Source: Promethearchaeota archaeon
GTDB taxonomy: Archaea > Asgardarchaeota > Lokiarchaeia > Sigyniarchaeales > SOKP01
Direction of reading: 5' to 3'
Assembly (NCBI GenBank): GCA_011364975.1
Contig: RDOE01000014.1
Location: forward strand, 1 to 57,425
DNA length: 57,425 nt
In this document: positions 1 through 10,829 of the stretch, piece after piece
How positions within the stretch are numbered: the stretch's first letter is position 1
How the letters are laid out: every line of letters starts with the position of its first letter
The notes under the pieces: generated by a model
Told to the model about the DNA's origin: nothing
What the model saw: only the letters and a program-made list of their open reading frames with translations
The model's database searches: none
Made by a program: the position numbers and the translations under genes

Positions 1-336
1 ATTAAATATTTTGAGCCAGTTAATTAGTTTTAACTCCTTTTTATTTTTATGACCTTATTTTTAAAAAAGAAAATTTTAAGCGTATTTTCCTTACTTCTTT
101 ATAACGATTACTGATGGTCTTCATTCCTGTCTAATCTTTTTAATTTGTATTTAATTGAATAATTCTTAACGGTTCAAATTTAAACGATTCTATTTTATTT
201 ATTAACATATTTATAAGATTCATGATTTAAGATCAATTGAATAGAAAAAAACGTGAAAGTAATTAAAAAGTCCAGAATAAAATAGTAATATAAAGATATA
301 AAATTAGTATTAGAATAGATTGATAGTGAGAAAAAT

Positions 337-1161
337 ATGAGCAATGATGTAATTCTTATTGAAGAAAATGAAGATAAAACTATCCTTACAATTAAATTAA
401 ATCGTATCGATAAAAAGAATGCATTAAATTACGATTTGATGGTTGGACTCTTAAATGCTATTGATAAAGTTGAACGAACGAATGCTAGGGTCGTGATAAT
501 TACTGGTGGAAACGACTTTTTTAGTTCAGGAATAGATTTAAAGTTTTTAACTGGACAAGAACGAGATCCTGAGGGAATTATTCCAGACTTACGAATACCA
601 CGCAATTTTAGATATTTTGCGAATACTTGGATTCATGCTATTTTTAATAAAATTGAGAAAATGGAGAAACCAGTTATAGCTAAAATCAATGGTTATTGTT
701 TTGGAATGGCATTTGAGCTTGCCCTTGCTTGTGACTTTCGATTTTGTACTGAGTCTGCTATATTTCACATGTTAGAGACAAAAATTGGTATGAATCCAGA
801 CGTGGGGGGTACAATTAGGCTTACTCGTTTGGTTGGGATTCAAAATGCTAAAGATATCATTTTAACAGGTAGAAAATTTGATGGCAATGAAGCTTATAGA
901 CTAGGCGTGGTAAATCGAGTAGCCAAAGATCAAACTGAACTTGAGTCTATAATTAAGATGTACACTGAAGAACTGATTGGGAGTGCTCCGTTGGCTGTAG
1001 GATTAGCAAAAAAGTTAATTGATGATTGTTATGGTAAAGACACTGCTTTTGGATTGGAATTAGAAACTTTAGTTAGTTCACAATTACTCCAAACAAAAGA
1101 TGCGGTGTCAGGGGCTCTTGCTCGATTACAGAAAGTTAAACCAAATTGGAAATGGAAATAG
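337..1161 (+). CDS. Enoyl-CoA hydratase/isomerase (crotonase) family protein
   Basis: LNRxxKKNAL, FSSGIDL oxyanion motif, KPVIAKINGYCFGMAFE and MLE (both catalytic Glu positions present), PDVGG. Confidence 0.93.
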   Translation: MSNDVILIEENEDKTILTIKLNRIDKKNALNYDLMVGLLNAIDKVERTNARVVIITGGNDFFSSGIDLKFLTGQERDPEGIIPDLRIPRNFRYFANTWIHAIFNKIEKMEKPVIAKINGYCFGMAFELALACDFRFCTESAIFHMLETKIGMNPDVGGTIRLTRLVGIQNAKDIILTGRKFDGNEAYRLGVVNRVAKDQTELESIIKMYTEELIGSAPLAVGLAKKLIDDCYGKDTAFGLELETLVSSQLLQTKDAVSGALARLQKVKPNWKWK

Positions 1162-1234
1162 ATTTTTTTCCTATTTTTTTTTATACCTATGTTTAAGATT
1201 TAATAAAAAAAAAGGTAAAAAGTATTACAAAAAT

Positions 1235-2434
1235 TTAAAAATCAATATCCTTCCCTTCAAATGCATATCTGTAAATGTTTTTGAAATCCTCTTTAGAAGG
1301 TAATCTTGGGCACATTGAACCACTAGCATCTTGGAAACATAAATTAACTAATGTATCAAGATTTTGATCTAAATCTTCTTTTGATATTCCTAAATCTTGG
1401 ATTTTTTCTGGAAATCCTAATTCCTTATTCAATTCTTTTACTTTTTTGATGACTAAATAAGAAGCTGTTTTATCATCCTCCTCCCACTTAGCCCATCCTA
1501 ATTGTTTTGCTAGTTTTGCATAAATTTCAATCGATGGATCGTATTTATTAGGATTATTCAAACAATATTGTGTTACATATTTTAACATAAGCCCTACGCA
1601 TCTCCCATGTGGAGTTTGAAATACTGCTCCAAGACAATGACCAGTAGTGTGCCCAATGTGAACATTGGCATTTCCAAATGCTAATCCTGCCATTGTTGCA
1701 GCCTGGTGAAGGTAATCTCTAGCTTCTTTATTTTTACCATCTTTATATACAATTGGCAAATACTTAAAAACTAGTTCAATTGCTTTAATAGCTAAAGCGT
1801 TACTAAACTCGTTTCTTCCATTTGCAACCATCGCTTCCATAGCGTGAGCTAAAACATCCATTCCAGTATCTATAGTTAGACTTAATGGCATACCCATAGG
1901 AAAGAGAGGGTCTAAAATGGAATATGTGGGGACTAATCCCCTATGAGCTTGTATTAATTTTTGCCACACACCATCATTGTATCTTGATATAACTGCTGCA
2001 TAAGTTGCATCAGCTCCAGTTCCAGAGGTAGTTGGAATGGCAATCAATTTAGCCTTTTTACCTAATTCGTAGAGAGAACTGTTAAAAATGTGAAGATCGT
2101 CTATTCCAAATTCCGGATACTCATACATTGCCCATACTCCCTTTGCAGTATCTATAACAGAACCTCCCCCCAACGCGATTATTAAATCTGGCTTATACTT
2201 TAAGCAAGATTGTTTAGCTTTTAGTACCATTTCTTCTTTTGGATCGGGTTCAACTTCAGTAAATAAGTCGAAATTTCTTCCCCATTTTTCCAATTTATCT
2301 GTTAGAACTTTTAAATAGCTAAGCTTTTGTACATTTTCATCACTAATTATGAAACATTTACTTCCTGTAATGTTTTCTATAAAATCTAACGCATCTTCTC
2401 CATATACAATATTTGGGCTATTAAAGAACCACAT
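1235..2434 (-). CDS. Iron-containing alcohol dehydrogenase
   Basis: GGGSVID, IPTTSGTGAD, DVLAHAMEA and His-rich HIGHTTGH...PHG metal ligands; GGT-type SD upstream. Confidence 0.93.
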   Translation of the reverse strand: MWFFNSPNIVYGEDALDFIENITGSKCFIISDENVQKLSYLKVLTDKLEKWGRNFDLFTEVEPDPKEEMVLKAKQSCLKYKPDLIIALGGGSVIDTAKGVWAMYEYPEFGIDDLHIFNSSLYELGKKAKLIAIPTTSGTGADATYAAVISRYNDGVWQKLIQAHRGLVPTYSILDPLFPMGMPLSLTIDTGMDVLAHAMEAMVANGRNEFSNALAIKAIELVFKYLPIVYKDGKNKEARDYLHQAATMAGLAFGNANVHIGHTTGHCLGAVFQTPHGRCVGLMLKYVTQYCLNNPNKYDPSIEIYAKLAKQLGWAKWEEDDKTASYLVIKKVKELNKELGFPEKIQDLGISKEDLDQNLDTLVNLCFQDASGSMCPRLPSKEDFKNIYRYAFEGKDIDF

Positions 2435-2511
2435 GTCAATACCTTTCTCATAAATTTTTATTTTGATAGTATTTATTAATTAAAAAGAAAATAGAATAGA
2501 TAATTAGAAAT

Positions 2512-2913
2512 TTATAAAAATTCAGTTGGTACCTTTTGTAAGCTATTCACAATTTCTTGTGCTGCTCGAGTAGCTCTCATCAGTTTTGCCAAATTTCCCT
2601 CTAATCTCAATTTTCCTGACATAACCGCTTGGATAGTATCTAGTTGATTTTTAGCAATCTTGACCCAATTATCATAAGGACCTGCAAGAGTAAATTCGGG
2701 CTTGACTTCCTCACCTGGTTCTACCAATTTTACTCCTGTGCATTCTCCATGATAAAGCCCTAGATAAAATCTAACCTCGTGATCTAATGGACCACTTGGC
2801 TCAATTACACATAACATATCACCCTCCCACCATGAAGCGGAATCTTTATAGGCGGGATTATTATTAATAGCATCTCCAAATGCTTCCAACCATTCTATAG
2901 TTAAAATTTTCAT
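2512..2913 (-). CDS. SCP2 sterol/lipid-binding domain protein
   Basis: C-terminal 'AVMSGKLRLEGNLAKLMR' SCP2 signature; 133 aa. Confidence 0.88.
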   Translation of the reverse strand: MKILTIEWLEAFGDAINNNPAYKDSASWWEGDMLCVIEPSGPLDHEVRFYLGLYHGECTGVKLVEPGEEVKPEFTLAGPYDNWVKIAKNQLDTIQAVMSGKLRLEGNLAKLMRATRAAQEIVNSLQKVPTEFL

Positions 2914-2985
2914 TTTTTTCTTTCCTAAATCATTTTTTTTATTTTTATACTTTATAAGTATTCATTAATAAAAGAGATCACATTT

Positions 2986-4173
2986 TTATATTGATGTTAA
3001 ATCTATATGAAGATCTGTTAATGGATAAGAGATACATGGATGGATAAATCCATAATCGCTATCTATTTCTCGAATAGTAACATTTGGGGGGATAAATACT
3101 TTACCATTATCCATTTTCGTTCTACAAAGAGCACATTCGCCAGACCGACATCCATTATTAATTTCTAAGTTTGTTAATTTTTGTCGTTCTATACTGTTTA
3201 GTAAAGGTTCTGCGCAATATGCTTCGAATTCAATAGTTTTTTCTGTATTTAATTGACGATACTTTAATGTGACCTTTACTTTCTTTGACGGATCAATGTC
3301 AGAAGACCATCCCATCACCTTAGTAATATCATCAGGAACTCCAAAAGCTTCGTATAAAATCCTATGTCTAGGTATTCCCATCGCTGCTAACTCTTGATCA
3401 ATAAATTGATACATTGGTCTATTACCAACAATATAGAAATATTTTTGCTTTATAGAACCGATAAATTTTTGAATTATTTCTTTTGTAATAAATCCACATT
3501 CACCTTTCCAATCTGACTCTGGTTCTGACAGTACATAATTAATTTGAATGTTTGGTCTCCTTGATTGTAATTCTTCTAATAAATCTCTAAAGATGATATC
3601 TTTTTCGGTCAAGCATCCAAATATAAGATTAATCTTTAAAGGTAAGAGTCGCTCTGAAACATCCCGGAGCATTGAGATAAAAGGAGTAATCCCACATCCA
3701 CCAGCAATGAAAACTAAATCTTTACCATGAAATATCGAATTATAATATAAATTCCCCATAGGATCTGTAGCTTCAAAAATATCACCTATCTTTGCATTAT
3801 TTATCAGGTAGGGACTTACAAAACCCCCTTCTTTTTTACGAATACCTAATTCATAATAGGCTACTTGGTTAGGAGATGAAACTAAGGAATAAGGCCTTGA
3901 AGTTCGAACCCCATTTATTTCTACTATAAAGCCTATGTACTGTCCAGCGCGAAATGATGCTAATGGTTGATTTGATTTAGCAGAAACAAATCGGAATAAT
4001 TTTGTATCTGGGGATACTTCTTTAATATCAGAGATTTTTAGATATTGTTTTTTAGGATGAATTCTATCACATAATTTCTCTAATCCATCATAATACCAAG
4101 GTATAGCCTGAAGCTCTTCTCTTGTTTTCTTGGTTTTTTCTGCTTTTTGATATTTTTTTATATCTTCCATCAT
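2986..4173 (-). CDS. FAD/NAD(P)-binding reductase with C-terminal [2Fe-2S] domain (PaaE/KshB-type architecture)
   Basis: RPYSLVS FAD motif, GGFVS, IAGGCGITP NAD motif, EAF, CRSGECALC...C ferredoxin motif. Confidence 0.9.
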   Translation of the reverse strand: MMEDIKKYQKAEKTKKTREELQAIPWYYDGLEKLCDRIHPKKQYLKISDIKEVSPDTKLFRFVSAKSNQPLASFRAGQYIGFIVEINGVRTSRPYSLVSSPNQVAYYELGIRKKEGGFVSPYLINNAKIGDIFEATDPMGNLYYNSIFHGKDLVFIAGGCGITPFISMLRDVSERLLPLKINLIFGCLTEKDIIFRDLLEELQSRRPNIQINYVLSEPESDWKGECGFITKEIIQKFIGSIKQKYFYIVGNRPMYQFIDQELAAMGIPRHRILYEAFGVPDDITKVMGWSSDIDPSKKVKVTLKYRQLNTEKTIEFEAYCAEPLLNSIERQKLTNLEINNGCRSGECALCRTKMDNGKVFIPPNVTIREIDSDYGFIHPCISYPLTDLHIDLTSI

Positions 4174-4176
4174 TGT

Positions 4177-5730
4177 TTACCACTTCTTCTCCATTTTATC
4201 TTTTAAATACATACCCGCAGCTATTCGCCCACCTACGATGGTAGTTGAAAATCCTCCTCCAAAGTTGGTCCATGCGCCTACTTGATATAATCCTGGAATT
4301 GCACCTCTACTTTTTAATCTCAATAAAGGCCCATTTTCCACTGATTGAGTTGTCCCATATATAGCCCCCTCAATGTTTTTTGAATAACGATAATAGGTCA
4401 ATGGTGTTGCAGCAATTGCTACTTCAATATGATCTCTTATATCCGGAGAAATCGTTTGCTCAACAAGCGAAACCATCTTGTTTGCAATTTCATCCTTAAT
4501 TTGAAAGTATTGATCGGGAGCCACATTTTGCCATAATTTTCCCATTTGGAGTGTTGTTAGAACCAATTGGGTAGTCCCTGGAGGAGAAATCTCCTCATAT
4601 ATATGATTATAACAGGCCGCTACCATATACTCAGGAGGGGCTAGTTTTCGAAAAGTTTCAAAAGCGTGGTTCATATCATAGGTAGAATTAATGAAAGTTT
4701 CATGCACACTAAACCCCAATTCTTTATATGGTGCATTTAATCCAATATAGACCGAGAATCCTGATGGCCCTATTTCTGGGGTATATATTTTTTTTTTATA
4801 TTCATTTGGAACTACTTCTTGAGGTAATAGTTTCATTGAAGTACAAATAGGATTCACATTTGAAATTACAGCATTACAACGATAGATATCCCCATTTAAA
4901 AGTTCGACTCCAGACACTCTTCCGTTTTCAACTAAAATCCTTTCTACTAAAGCATTATATCTAATAACTCCACCAAATCTTTCAAATGCTTCCACTAAAG
5001 CACTTGTTAAAGAATGAGAGCGTCCTATTGGAAATGCTGCGCCCCATTTTAGATAAAAGATTAACATAGCTACAAATACATAAGCATTCATTCTATCTGG
5101 TGGTAAACCAACATATCCCCATAACTGAGATAAAACAGCCATTAGTTTCTGATCTGTAAAAAATTTTTCATATAAATCTGAAAGAGTAATTCCTGCTACT
5201 CTTGGAAGCCATGGATGCTCCTTTAAAACATCACCAGGTGTGAATTTTCCTCCTTGGGATGCTATATATTCTATCCCTGCTAAAACAGCTTTACACATTT
5301 CCATAAATTCTTCAATCCCCTTCTGTTCGTTTGGGAAAAGTTCAATGAGCTTAGAAGAATATTCATCCATTCCTAGCGGTAAAGTTACATCATAACCATC
5401 AAGAAAAATGCTTCTATAAAATTCAGGAACTTGCTTAAACTTGAGCTTTTCAGGTACGATACCTAACCTTTCGAAAAATCTATAAAGTGCACCTTTGTTA
5501 TCTTCAGAGCCAATATCACTTAGTTCATGTAAGGCACCTTCAAATTCAAACCGCCCTCTTACGAATGATGTCGCAAAACCTCCAGGTACGTTGTGTTTTT
5601 CTAAGAGTAAAACTTGTTCGCCACGTGCTACGAGTTGGCAAGCTGCTCCAAGACCCCCTAATCCCGCCCCTATGACGATAACGGGGAATGAGTCTATTAC
5701 TCGATTTTCATTATAAGATGAAGTTATCAT
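4177..5730 (-). CDS. Phytoene desaturase / retinol-saturase-like FAD oxidoreductase
   Basis: IGAGLGGL Rossmann, EKHNVPGG...F.RG.FEFE, ATPLT...GAIYG, GLYQVG motifs. Confidence 0.85.
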   Translation of the reverse strand: MITSSYNENRVIDSFPVIVIGAGLGGLGAACQLVARGEQVLLLEKHNVPGGFATSFVRGRFEFEGALHELSDIGSEDNKGALYRFFERLGIVPEKLKFKQVPEFYRSIFLDGYDVTLPLGMDEYSSKLIELFPNEQKGIEEFMEMCKAVLAGIEYIASQGGKFTPGDVLKEHPWLPRVAGITLSDLYEKFFTDQKLMAVLSQLWGYVGLPPDRMNAYVFVAMLIFYLKWGAAFPIGRSHSLTSALVEAFERFGGVIRYNALVERILVENGRVSGVELLNGDIYRCNAVISNVNPICTSMKLLPQEVVPNEYKKKIYTPEIGPSGFSVYIGLNAPYKELGFSVHETFINSTYDMNHAFETFRKLAPPEYMVAACYNHIYEEISPPGTTQLVLTTLQMGKLWQNVAPDQYFQIKDEIANKMVSLVEQTISPDIRDHIEVAIAATPLTYYRYSKNIEGAIYGTTQSVENGPLLRLKSRGAIPGLYQVGAWTNFGGGFSTTIVGGRIAAGMYLKDKMEKKW

Positions 5731-5841
5731 AATTCATTATTTTATCATTAAAAATATAAAATTTACCAATTCTGAAAATAGAAAGCTAAATTTTGAAGAA
5801 ATATCAAAATTATTTCAGAAGTAAAAGCCAAAAACATGTAT

Positions 5842-6657
5842 TTAACGCCCTGAGAAATGGGGATCCATTTTGTTTTTCAGAGCAGACATAGCCTCTTTGA
5901 AATCCTTAGATGCAAATGTTTTACGGAGTGCCTTGTTTTCCAAATCTAGTGTTTGAACAAGAAAATCACGAAAATAGGCGTGCATAGTTTTTTTCATGAG
6001 TTTAAGTGCTAAACTAGGTCCTTTTGGTGGGATCAATTTTAATGCTTGCTCTCTTGTAAACCGCATTAAAATATCTTTAGGTAAAACTTTATTTACTAAT
6101 CCCAGATCAAGCGCTCGTTGCGCAGACACTTTTTCGCCCATAAAACAAATTTCTTTTGCTCGTTGGAATCCAATTAAGAGTGGCAATAAAAAGCTTGACC
6201 CAAATTCAGGAATTATTGCTCTTTTAGCAAAGTAGAAACCTAACCATGCATCATCAGCCATATATACCAAATCTCCTACTGCTAAAGGCATCGTGACTCC
6301 GCCACCAATCGCCATTCCATTAATTGCAACTATAATAGGTTTTTGGAAATCCCACATTTTTAAGCATAGTTTTTTTTGAGCTATATCCATCAAATCAATT
6401 TCAGGGTATTTCTGCATTTTATGAAACATTTCAGGTTTGAAATATCCTCCCGACGTAAATGCATCGCCTTTAGGATCTCCAGTAATTATCAAAACCCTTG
6501 CATTTTTATCCTTTTCCATGTCATCAATGACATAGAAAAGTTCTAAAAAAGTGATATAGGTTACAGCATTTCTTCTCTCAGGTTTTGAGAACGTGGCTGT
6601 ACATATCCCATTTTCTTCCTTTATATAAGTAATATCTTCAAAATCTTCAATATTCAT
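5842..6657 (-). CDS. Enoyl-CoA hydratase/isomerase family protein
   Basis: PERRNAV, AFTSGG, KPIIVAINGMAIGGG, PEFG. Confidence 0.9.
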   Translation of the reverse strand: MNIEDFEDITYIKEENGICTATFSKPERRNAVTYITFLELFYVIDDMEKDKNARVLIITGDPKGDAFTSGGYFKPEMFHKMQKYPEIDLMDIAQKKLCLKMWDFQKPIIVAINGMAIGGGVTMPLAVGDLVYMADDAWLGFYFAKRAIIPEFGSSFLLPLLIGFQRAKEICFMGEKVSAQRALDLGLVNKVLPKDILMRFTREQALKLIPPKGPSLALKLMKKTMHAYFRDFLVQTLDLENKALRKTFASKDFKEAMSALKNKMDPHFSGR

Positions 6658-6764
6658 ATTTGAATTTATTATATTTTTATAAACTTAGATTTATATTGAA
6701 TTTTTGAATTTAAAAAGTTTTAAAAATGAAAAAGAAATTGAATTTATAAATAAATAGTGGAATA

Positions 6765-8468
6765 TTATTCTTTCTTCTCTTCCCGTAATGCTTTTTTCTC
6801 TACTTTTCCTACTAATGTTAAAGGAATTTCTTCACGGAATTCCCAAATCTTTGGAACTTCATATTTTGAAAGCTTCTCCTCAGCAAAGTTCTTAATGTTT
6901 TCTTTAACTTCATCAGATTCAACTACACCTTCCTTCAATTGTACTACGGCCTTCACTATGTCTGCTCCAGGCCTGTCAGGATTGGGAACTCCAATTATTG
7001 CGACGATTGCAATATCTGGATGCTTAGTCAAAACTTCTTCCACATGAACACTGTAAACTTTAAATCCACTTACGATTAGCATATCCTTTGTTCGGTCCAC
7101 GATTTTTAAGTATCCTTCATCATCAAAAACGCCAACATCTCCAGTATGGAAAAAGCCTTCGTTATCAAATGCTGCTTTAGATTCCTCAGGTTTATTATGA
7201 TATCCTTTTGTAACTTGGGGTCCTTTTATTAAAATTTCACCCGGTTCTCCAATGCCTAATTCTTTCCCGCTATCAATATCAACAATTTTTATTTCAGTAT
7301 CAGGTAATGGTAAACCCACGGTCCCAATTTTTTTGACACCTATAGCGGGATTAGCAGTTGCTAATGGAGAGGTTTCTGTCATGCCATAAACCTCTACAAA
7401 TTTATTTTCTGTATGGAACTGTTTTTCAAATTGCCTTATTGCTTCAGGTGGAAAAGGAGCTGCGCCACTTACATATAATGAAATATTATCTAATACTTCA
7501 GGGGGAATTTCTTTAGATTTTGGATTATTTTGGATCATTAAAAAGAGAGTTGGAACATTTCCAAAACTTGTCGGTTTCTTATCCATTAATTCTTTAATAA
7601 TATGATCTGTATCTCTAGGATTAGCAATTAATGTTTGGGTTCCAGCAATAAACACAAGAAAGAGTCCTATTAAATACCCTGCAATATGGAAAAAAGGAAA
7701 TGCTGAGATTAAAATTTCTTTTCCATGTTCTCTTCCAAGCCATGCATCAAATTGTGTTAAGTTGGCAAGTAAATTCGCATGAGTTATTATCGTTCCTTTG
7801 GGTCGTCCTGTAGTTCCTCCGGTATATTGGATCAATGCAGCATCCTGGTCGACATTGATAGGTACTTTTTTAATATTAATCTCCGTTTTCAGTGCATCTA
7901 AATATGGAATTACAGTTTTTCCCGGCCAAGGATCCATTTTTCCTTTAGGGATTTTTTTTATTAATTTGCCCATAAAGACCTTGAACCCAGAAAAGCCCAT
8001 AAATTCGGATATATTTGTTGGAATTATTAATTTAAGATTTGGTAAATTATCTAAAAATTTTGATAATATTTTTTCATAGATCACATCCATAGTTACTATT
8101 GCCTTTGAATTAGAGTCCTCTAACTGATAATGTATTTCAGATGGACTTAAGAGCGGAGAGCATCCAGATACTGTTCCTCCTGCCATATATATTCCATAAA
8201 CTGCAAATAAATATTGAGGTGTGTTGGGGAGACAAATTGTAACTACATCACCCTTCTCAATACCATTATTTTGTAAAAATGTAGCGAATTTTTGAGAATA
8301 CTCTAATATCTCTTTATAGGTAAATGATGCGTCCATAAAAAAAATTCCAATCTTATCGGGAAATTCCATCATCTTTTTTGTTAGGAGTGTCCCAAGATCC
8401 TCCGTTGGGTATGTAAGACTGGGATTGACATGTTTGTCATAAGATTTTAGCCAAAATTTTTCAACCAT
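6765..8468 (-). CDS. Long-chain acyl-CoA synthetase (AMP-forming)
   Basis: YTGGTTGRPKG, YGMTE, HTGD, VGKVEK; ATG at 8468 preferred over upstream TTG at 8477. Confidence 0.93.
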   Translation of the reverse strand: MVEKFWLKSYDKHVNPSLTYPTEDLGTLLTKKMMEFPDKIGIFFMDASFTYKEILEYSQKFATFLQNNGIEKGDVVTICLPNTPQYLFAVYGIYMAGGTVSGCSPLLSPSEIHYQLEDSNSKAIVTMDVIYEKILSKFLDNLPNLKLIIPTNISEFMGFSGFKVFMGKLIKKIPKGKMDPWPGKTVIPYLDALKTEINIKKVPINVDQDAALIQYTGGTTGRPKGTIITHANLLANLTQFDAWLGREHGKEILISAFPFFHIAGYLIGLFLVFIAGTQTLIANPRDTDHIIKELMDKKPTSFGNVPTLFLMIQNNPKSKEIPPEVLDNISLYVSGAAPFPPEAIRQFEKQFHTENKFVEVYGMTETSPLATANPAIGVKKIGTVGLPLPDTEIKIVDIDSGKELGIGEPGEILIKGPQVTKGYHNKPEESKAAFDNEGFFHTGDVGVFDDEGYLKIVDRTKDMLIVSGFKVYSVHVEEVLTKHPDIAIVAIIGVPNPDRPGADIVKAVVQLKEGVVESDEVKENIKNFAEEKLSKYEVPKIWEFREEIPLTLVGKVEKKALREEKKE

Positions 8469-8590
8469 ATGCTTCAACTATTCAGATTTTAATTCAAAAT
8501 GTAATAATAATTTCTCGTTCATTCTTTTTATAGTTAATATTTTTCAATGTATAATTTTTAGATAAAAAATTTATTTTTAGTATTGGAATA

Positions 8591-9340
8591 TTATAAGCCT
8601 GGAATCCTTGTTCTTGAATAAACTATATCTAAGGCTTTAGAAATAATAGAAATAGTAATCAAAAAGACAATAGCAACAATAACATATGTCGCTAGTGAAC
8701 GAAATGTAATTGAAACAATATAATGAGCTTCGCGAAACAAATCCTTTACACCTATAAAGTAAACTACAGTAGTATATTTAGGTAAGTACGCAGCTTCATT
8801 AGACCACGCAGGAATAACGCGACGTAGAGCTTGAGGCAATACAACATGTCGAATGCTTCCTATTGTTGACATACCCAGAGACTTGGCAGCCATAACTTGG
8901 CCACCCCCCACAGACACAATAGCTCCACGGAAATATTCTGCTTGATAAGCAGCGCTATTAAGAGATAACGCGATGATACCAATTAAGGTAATATGATCAA
9001 AAAAGATTATTTCAATGTTTTTATCGAATAAACTGAATGTAGACACAAGTCTCCAAGAACCAATAGGCCAGTTTAGACTAAATGGAAGGAAATAGAGTAA
9101 AAATAACTGAACAAGGAGAGGAGTACCACGTATAAGTTCTATATATCCCGTCGATACTTTTGAGAAAACTCGACCACCATATTGGCGAACGAGAGCAAGC
9201 ATGAGCCCGAGAATAAAACCAATCGTCAGAGCAAAAGCGTATAACCACATATTCATTATAAATCCTGAAAGAATATGATCCCAGTATTCAAAGACTTTAA
9301 GGATATCTTCTATAGGTCCTGGAATAGTTTGATAAATCAT
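8591..9340 (-). CDS. Polar amino-acid ABC transporter permease
   Basis: RGTPLLVQ, SAAYQAEYFRG, EAA-like loop 'MAAKSLGM'; start overlaps ATPase stop. Confidence 0.93.
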   Translation of the reverse strand: MIYQTIPGPIEDILKVFEYWDHILSGFIMNMWLYAFALTIGFILGLMLALVRQYGGRVFSKVSTGYIELIRGTPLLVQLFLLYFLPFSLNWPIGSWRLVSTFSLFDKNIEIIFFDHITLIGIIALSLNSAAYQAEYFRGAIVSVGGGQVMAAKSLGMSTIGSIRHVVLPQALRRVIPAWSNEAAYLPKYTTVVYFIGVKDLFREAHYIVSITFRSLATYVIVAIVFLITISIISKALDIVYSRTRIPGL

Positions 9341-10113
9341 TATAGTTCCTCCTTGTCCTTAAATTGCAGGAGTTGCTCGTGACTGCCATATAATACCTCT
9401 AATTGATTTAGGAACTTTTTTACTCGCTCTGATTGTGGGGATGTAAAGAAATGTTCAGGCGTACCACGTTCAATCATCAAACCCTTATCAAGAAAAATCA
9501 TTTCTGAGGCTACAGCTCTAGCAAATCCCATCTCGTGAGTAACTACTATCATTGTTGTCCCTGATTTAGCAATATCAAGCATCACTTGAAGTACTTCTCC
9601 AATCAATTCAGGATCAAGTGCAGAGGTGGGTTCATCAAAAAGTATTACATCTGGTTCCATTGCTAGTGCACGTGCAATACCCACGCGTTGTTGTTGCCCA
9701 CCTGATAATTCGGCAGGATAATGATTAGCCCATGCATCCATCCTAACATTTTTTAACGCTTGGAGCGCTTTTTCATAAGCGTCCTCTTTTTTCATACCTT
9801 TTACCCTACGTAGTCCAATACTTACATTATCAACAGCTTTTAGATGAGAAAAAAGATTGAATTGCTGGAAAACCATACCGATTCTTGATCTCATAACATT
9901 AATGTCAATATCAGAACTCATAAGATTTTGTCCTCGTAAGTATATTTCTCCTTTATCAGGTGGATTTAACATATTAATACAGCGGAGTAAAGTACTTTTG
10001 CCTGAACCACTTGGTCCAAAAATTACCTTAACTTCTTTTTCTTCGACATCAAATGATATTCCTTTAAGAACTTCTAGATTTTCATAGGATTTCCATACAT
10101 CATTTATTTTCAA
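9340..10113 (-). CDS. Polar amino-acid ABC transporter ATP-binding protein (GlnQ family)
   Basis: Walker A GPSGSGKS, LSGGQQQR, DEPTSALDPE, VTHEMGFA; true start may be the in-frame ATA at 10128. Confidence 0.95.
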   Translation of the reverse strand: MKINDVWKSYENLEVLKGISFDVEEKEVKVIFGPSGSGKSTLLRCINMLNPPDKGEIYLRGQNLMSSDIDINVMRSRIGMVFQQFNLFSHLKAVDNVSIGLRRVKGMKKEDAYEKALQALKNVRMDAWANHYPAELSGGQQQRVGIARALAMEPDVILFDEPTSALDPELIGEVLQVMLDIAKSGTTMIVVTHEMGFARAVASEMIFLDKGLMIERGTPEHFFTSPQSERVKKFLNQLEVLYGSHEQLLQFKDKEEL

Positions 10114-10130
10114 TATTGATTGTTTTATAT

Positions 10131-10829
10131 TTAACCACCCCCCAATCCTAGTTTTTTAAGTTTCTTAGTTTGTCGTTCACCAAAAAAGTTTGTAACAGGA
10201 AAGGTAAATAGGAAATATATAATCGCGACAATAACCATTGTTGGAGCCCAGAGTTCAGGATAGTTAAAAGAAATACGATTGGCGGCACGAGTTAGTTCTA
10301 TGATACCAATAGCATAAGCAAAGGATGAATCTTTAATCACAACTGCATATTCGTTGGACCAACTTGGTAATGCTAATCTCAATGCTTGAGGGAATATGAT
10401 GTGGATGAAAGATTGGAAACCGCTCATTCCTATCGATCGGGCAGCTTCCATTTGCCCAAAATTTACGGAATTTATTGCCCCACGAAATATTTGAGACTGA
10501 TAGGCACCGCTACGAAGGCCTAAGGCTAAAAAAACACTAAACAATGGTCTTTGAAGAGGATTTATATACCAGAGTAACTCAACTGGTATTCCAAACGCAA
10601 AAATGAAGATTAACACTAAAATTGGAATTCCACGAAAAACCTTTTCATAACCACTTGCAAACCACATTAATTCTTTAGCACCATAAATGCGCATCAATGC
10701 AAGAGCTAATCCTATAATCAATCCTAATAAAAGTCCGATCCCTGTAAGTAATAATGTGGTGGGTAATCCAGTAGAAAGAATATAAAAAAAAATAGAGGGA
10801 ATATCTGGAGTTTCACTCATGTAAACCAC
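10131..10829 (-). CDS. Polar amino-acid ABC transporter permease
   Basis: RGIPILV, SGAYQSQIFRG, EAARSIGM, KDSS. Confidence 0.93.
   Translation of the reverse strand: MVYMSETPDIPSIFFYILSTGLPTTLLLTGIGLLLGLIIGLALALMRIYGAKELMWFASGYEKVFRGIPILVLIFIFAFGIPVELLWYINPLQRPLFSVFLALGLRSGAYQSQIFRGAINSVNFGQMEAARSIGMSGFQSFIHIIFPQALRLALPSWSNEYAVVIKDSSFAYAIGIIELTRAANRISFNYPELWAPTMVIVAIIYFLFTFPVTNFFGERQTKKLKKLGLGGG

Noticed and set aside
1-124. Minus-strand 25-codon ORF and an AGGAG-ATT possible gene start at the window edge
   Set aside because: Too short or truncated to support.
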